A stretch of 64,000 nt of DNA from Pseudomonadota bacterium. Its GTDB lineage: Bacteria; Pseudomonadota; Gammaproteobacteria; Steroidobacterales; Woeseiaceae. A program made the position numbers and the translations under genes. The notes below the pieces were generated by a model. That model ran no database searches. It had not been told where the DNA came from and was given only the letters and a program-made list of their open reading frames with translations. How positions within the stretch are numbered: the first letter of the stretch is position 1; every line of letters starts with the position of its first letter. Of the stretch, positions 61,708 through 64,000 are shown one piece after another. Where the stretch lies: positions 22,201-86,200 of the forward strand of contig JBCCBP010000001.1 of the NCBI GenBank assembly GCA_039033995.1, in the 5' to 3' direction.

Positions 61708-63465
61708 ATGTCAGGGACGCTGGACACACTAATGGCTGCTTGGCCAATGCTTTGGCGCGCGATACGGAGTGGTCAACTATTCCGGCCGCAGTGTGATCTA
61801 TATCCGTCCGACGAGTCGATTGTTGCTGAATATGATGTGCGGATACCAATGCCGCAGGGGCACTACCTAACGGCGAACGTGTTCCGGCCAGGGAATTCCG
61901 GCTCGAGCCCAAACCCCACGGTGATGTGCGCCCACCCCTACGATAATCGAAAAATCCCGGCGCTTAAAAATACGCCATTCGGCGGACCTCCGGCCCAATA
62001 CAGGCTGATTCCTCAGGCGGGGGGGCATCCCCGCTTTTCAACGTTGACCAGTTGGGAGTCGCCGGATCCTGGGTTTTGGGCGTCGGCAGGATACAACGTC
62101 GTGAACCTCAATCTTCCAGGCTTCGCCAATAGTGGTGGGACGCCAACGATCTTCTCTGAGGATCAAGGGCAGAGCTTTAGAGAAGCCATCCAATGGGTTT
62201 CTGAGCAGCCTTGGTCTGACGGAAATATCGGTCTATGCGGTGTCAGTTTTTTATGCATAAGCCAATACTTTGCAGCGGCAGTCCCCAGCGGACAGACTCT
62301 ACCCGACGCTTTGAAATGCATGATTCCCTGGGAGGGCGTGTCCGATCTCTACCATGATTTGGTTTGTCGTGGTGGTGTCGCGGACACCGGCTTCCTCAAT
62401 TTCTGGTGGCATACGGAAGTGAAGGAATGTATCAACACACCTATCGAAGCTTATCTCGACGCAGAGGAAGCAATCCCCCCTGAACTTCTTGATCGCCATC
62501 CTTTCTATGATCACTTTTGGCAGTCCAAGGTGCCGGCGTTAGACCACATTACAATCCCGATGCTGGTCGGTGCGTCATTCTCCGATCACGAACTGCATAC
62601 GACAGGTACATTCCGTGCATATGAGAAAGCGAGCAGCAACAAGAAGTGGTTGTATACGCATCGCAACGGTAAATGGTCCGAGTTTTATCACCCGGAATGC
62701 CTCGCGTTGCAACGCCGCTTCATGGATCATTTTCTGAAAGGCATAGAGAACGAATTCGCCGACTCGCCTTACGTTCGGCTTGAAGTTCGCACCGACCGCG
62801 ACACGATCAAGGAAGTACGCAAGGAGAGTTCTTGGCCGCTACCACAAACGCAGTACCAGTCGTACTTTTTGGCCGATAACGAACTCACGTTATCCGCTCG
62901 ATCGAACGAGGCCGTATTGTCTTACCCCGCGGATTCCGGTCAAGCCTCGTTCGACCGGTTTTTTGACGCTGATACGGAGTTGTCAGGCTATATGATGGCA
63001 AAGATTTGGATCGAGGTTCGTCCAACTTCCATTCATACAGGGATTCCGGACGATGCCATTGTTTGCTGCTACGTCGAGAAGTTGGACAAGTACGGGAACC
63101 CCCTGCGTTTCAATGGTTCTGTCGGATCTCAAACAGACGTGCTGACACGTGGATATTGTCGTGCTTCTCGACGCGCTTTGGATCCGAGCTTATCAACGCC
63201 GTGGCTGCCAGTTATCACTGGGGATCGACACCAACCGTTGAACCCAGGTGATATCGTCCCGTTGCATATCGCGCTCTGCCCGAGCAGCACCTACTTTGAG
63301 GCAGGCGAAGGACTGCGACTGACGCTAAGCACAAACGACACGGTGCACGCACCGATCTTCAATAAAGTCACCCATGACAACATCGGTCGCCACGTCATCC
63401 ACTTCGGTGGGCAGTTCGACTCCTACCTTTTGGTGCCACGAATTCCTGCAGTTGACCTCAGCTAA
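61708..63465 (+). CDS. CocE/NonD-family (S15 X-Pro dipeptidyl-peptidase-like) hydrolase
   Basis: A nucleophile region GLCGVSFLCISQ (GxSxxG as in CocE) and a large C-terminal jelly-roll-length extension. 585 aa. Confidence 0.78.
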   Translation: MSGTLDTLMAAWPMLWRAIRSGQLFRPQCDLYPSDESIVAEYDVRIPMPQGHYLTANVFRPGNSGSSPNPTVMCAHPYDNRKIPALKNTPFGGPPAQYRLIPQAGGHPRFSTLTSWESPDPGFWASAGYNVVNLNLPGFANSGGTPTIFSEDQGQSFREAIQWVSEQPWSDGNIGLCGVSFLCISQYFAAAVPSGQTLPDALKCMIPWEGVSDLYHDLVCRGGVADTGFLNFWWHTEVKECINTPIEAYLDAEEAIPPELLDRHPFYDHFWQSKVPALDHITIPMLVGASFSDHELHTTGTFRAYEKASSNKKWLYTHRNGKWSEFYHPECLALQRRFMDHFLKGIENEFADSPYVRLEVRTDRDTIKEVRKESSWPLPQTQYQSYFLADNELTLSARSNEAVLSYPADSGQASFDRFFDADTELSGYMMAKIWIEVRPTSIHTGIPDDAIVCCYVEKLDKYGNPLRFNGSVGSQTDVLTRGYCRASRRALDPSLSTPWLPVITGDRHQPLNPGDIVPLHIALCPSSTYFEAGEGLRLTLSTNDTVHAPIFNKVTHDNIGRHVIHFGGQFDSYLLVPRIPAVDLS

Positions 63466-63746
63466 ACGGACGTTCCACGTTCGACTGCCTACACTTGCAG
63501 AGTTGAGACGCGTCAAGAAGTAGGGTTACCCAACCACGTAGATCTTGTAGCAGCAGTACTGTGCAACAGAAGTCGCGCAACACAGTAGCGTTGCTTATTG
63601 CTAATGACACATTTAGATAGTGAGTCCGTGCCGCTCATACTCGAAACGACACCATTCACACAATCGACCCTCCCCGACTGAGCAATTGGTCCTAGATTTG
63701 ACCTCACATGAACAAGGGCCACTCGGTCCAATTGAGGGAATCGACA

Positions 63747-64000
63747 ATGAATAGACTACTAGTCAGGTGCCTGGCCCCAATAGCGCTGGTCGGCGCTATC
63801 GGCGCTCAGGCGGATCAACCAAGCATCGTATCTGCTGGATATGGTGACCCGATACTACCGGCGATAGCCAACTTTGCATTCTGCCGTGGCAACGCCGCCT
63901 CCGTCGGACTCGGCGGGCTGCCCGTCGTCATCAGTGAACCTGTCGATACGATGGGTGGCTATATGGGTGACGCGAATGGTCTCGATCCGAATGCGTTTCA
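63747..64000 (+). CDS. Secreted protein, 5' fragment (runs off the window)
   Basis: My own translation is MNRLLVRCLAPIALVGAIGAQA|DQPSIVSAGYGDP.... It is preceded by a GAGGGAA Shine-Dalgarno sequence and has no stop before the window end. Confidence 0.5.
   Translation, partial: MNRLLVRCLAPIALVGAIGAQADQPSIVSAGYGDPILPAIANFAFCRGNAASVGLGGLPVVISEPVDTMGGYMGDANGLDPNAF

Noticed and set aside
63471-63488. The parS-like half-site GTTCCACGT after the CocE/NonD gene (CGTTCCACGTTCGACT). Other partial matches occur at 13981-13996, 59903-59918 and 45970-45985.
   Set aside because: Only one arm matches (about 10-11 of 16 positions) and the palindrome is not completed.

Overview
This window covers the replication-origin neighbourhood of a moderately GC-rich Gram-negative chromosome, probably a gammaproteobacterium judging from gene order. 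Nearly all of it is conserved housekeeping backbone.

Gene content, left to right:
- glnA, with a sigma54/NtrC-type control region.
- glyQ-glyS-gmhB-plsC, then an esterase and an orphan gene.
- gyrB-recF-dnaN-dnaA on the minus strand, facing rpmH-rnpA-yidC and mnmE on the plus strand.
- A GGDEF protein and a peptidase-natAB operon, then mnmG.
- An 11 kb accessory block: a yejABEF-like peptide ABC transporter, a YdgA-like protein, cytochrome c4, an Fe-S (6-4)-photolyase-like protein, an MBL hydrolase and an OmpA/TSP3 porin.
- rsmG-parA-parB, an EAL protein, and the complete atpIBEFHAGDC operon.
- A GNAT, a hydrolase, fpr and a lipoprotein, then glmU-glmS.
- A lower-GC accessory stretch downstream of glmS: RidA lipoprotein, TMEM175-like channel, a LysR-controlled pirin/isochorismatase/NmrA/DUF1772 operon, a Crp-like regulator, a CocE/NonD hydrolase and a truncated secreted protein.

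I saw no tRNA, rRNA, CRISPR array, transposase, integrase or recognisable defence gene. I cannot honestly point to a convincing new multi-gene system.

The signals most worth a second look:
1. A cluster of three parS palindromes in and next to recF. One is an exact canonical site; two sit inside coding sequence.
2. A 210-bp AT-rich dnaA-dnaN spacer carrying inverted perfect DnaA boxes, which is the candidate oriC.
3. A compound palindrome/direct-repeat array between the ompA-like terminator and rsmG.
4. A low-GC orphan gene tucked directly behind gyrB.
5. The gene set occupying the glmS-downstream (attTn7-type) position without any Tn7 genes.

All family assignments come from reading motifs in the supplied translations, not from database searches.
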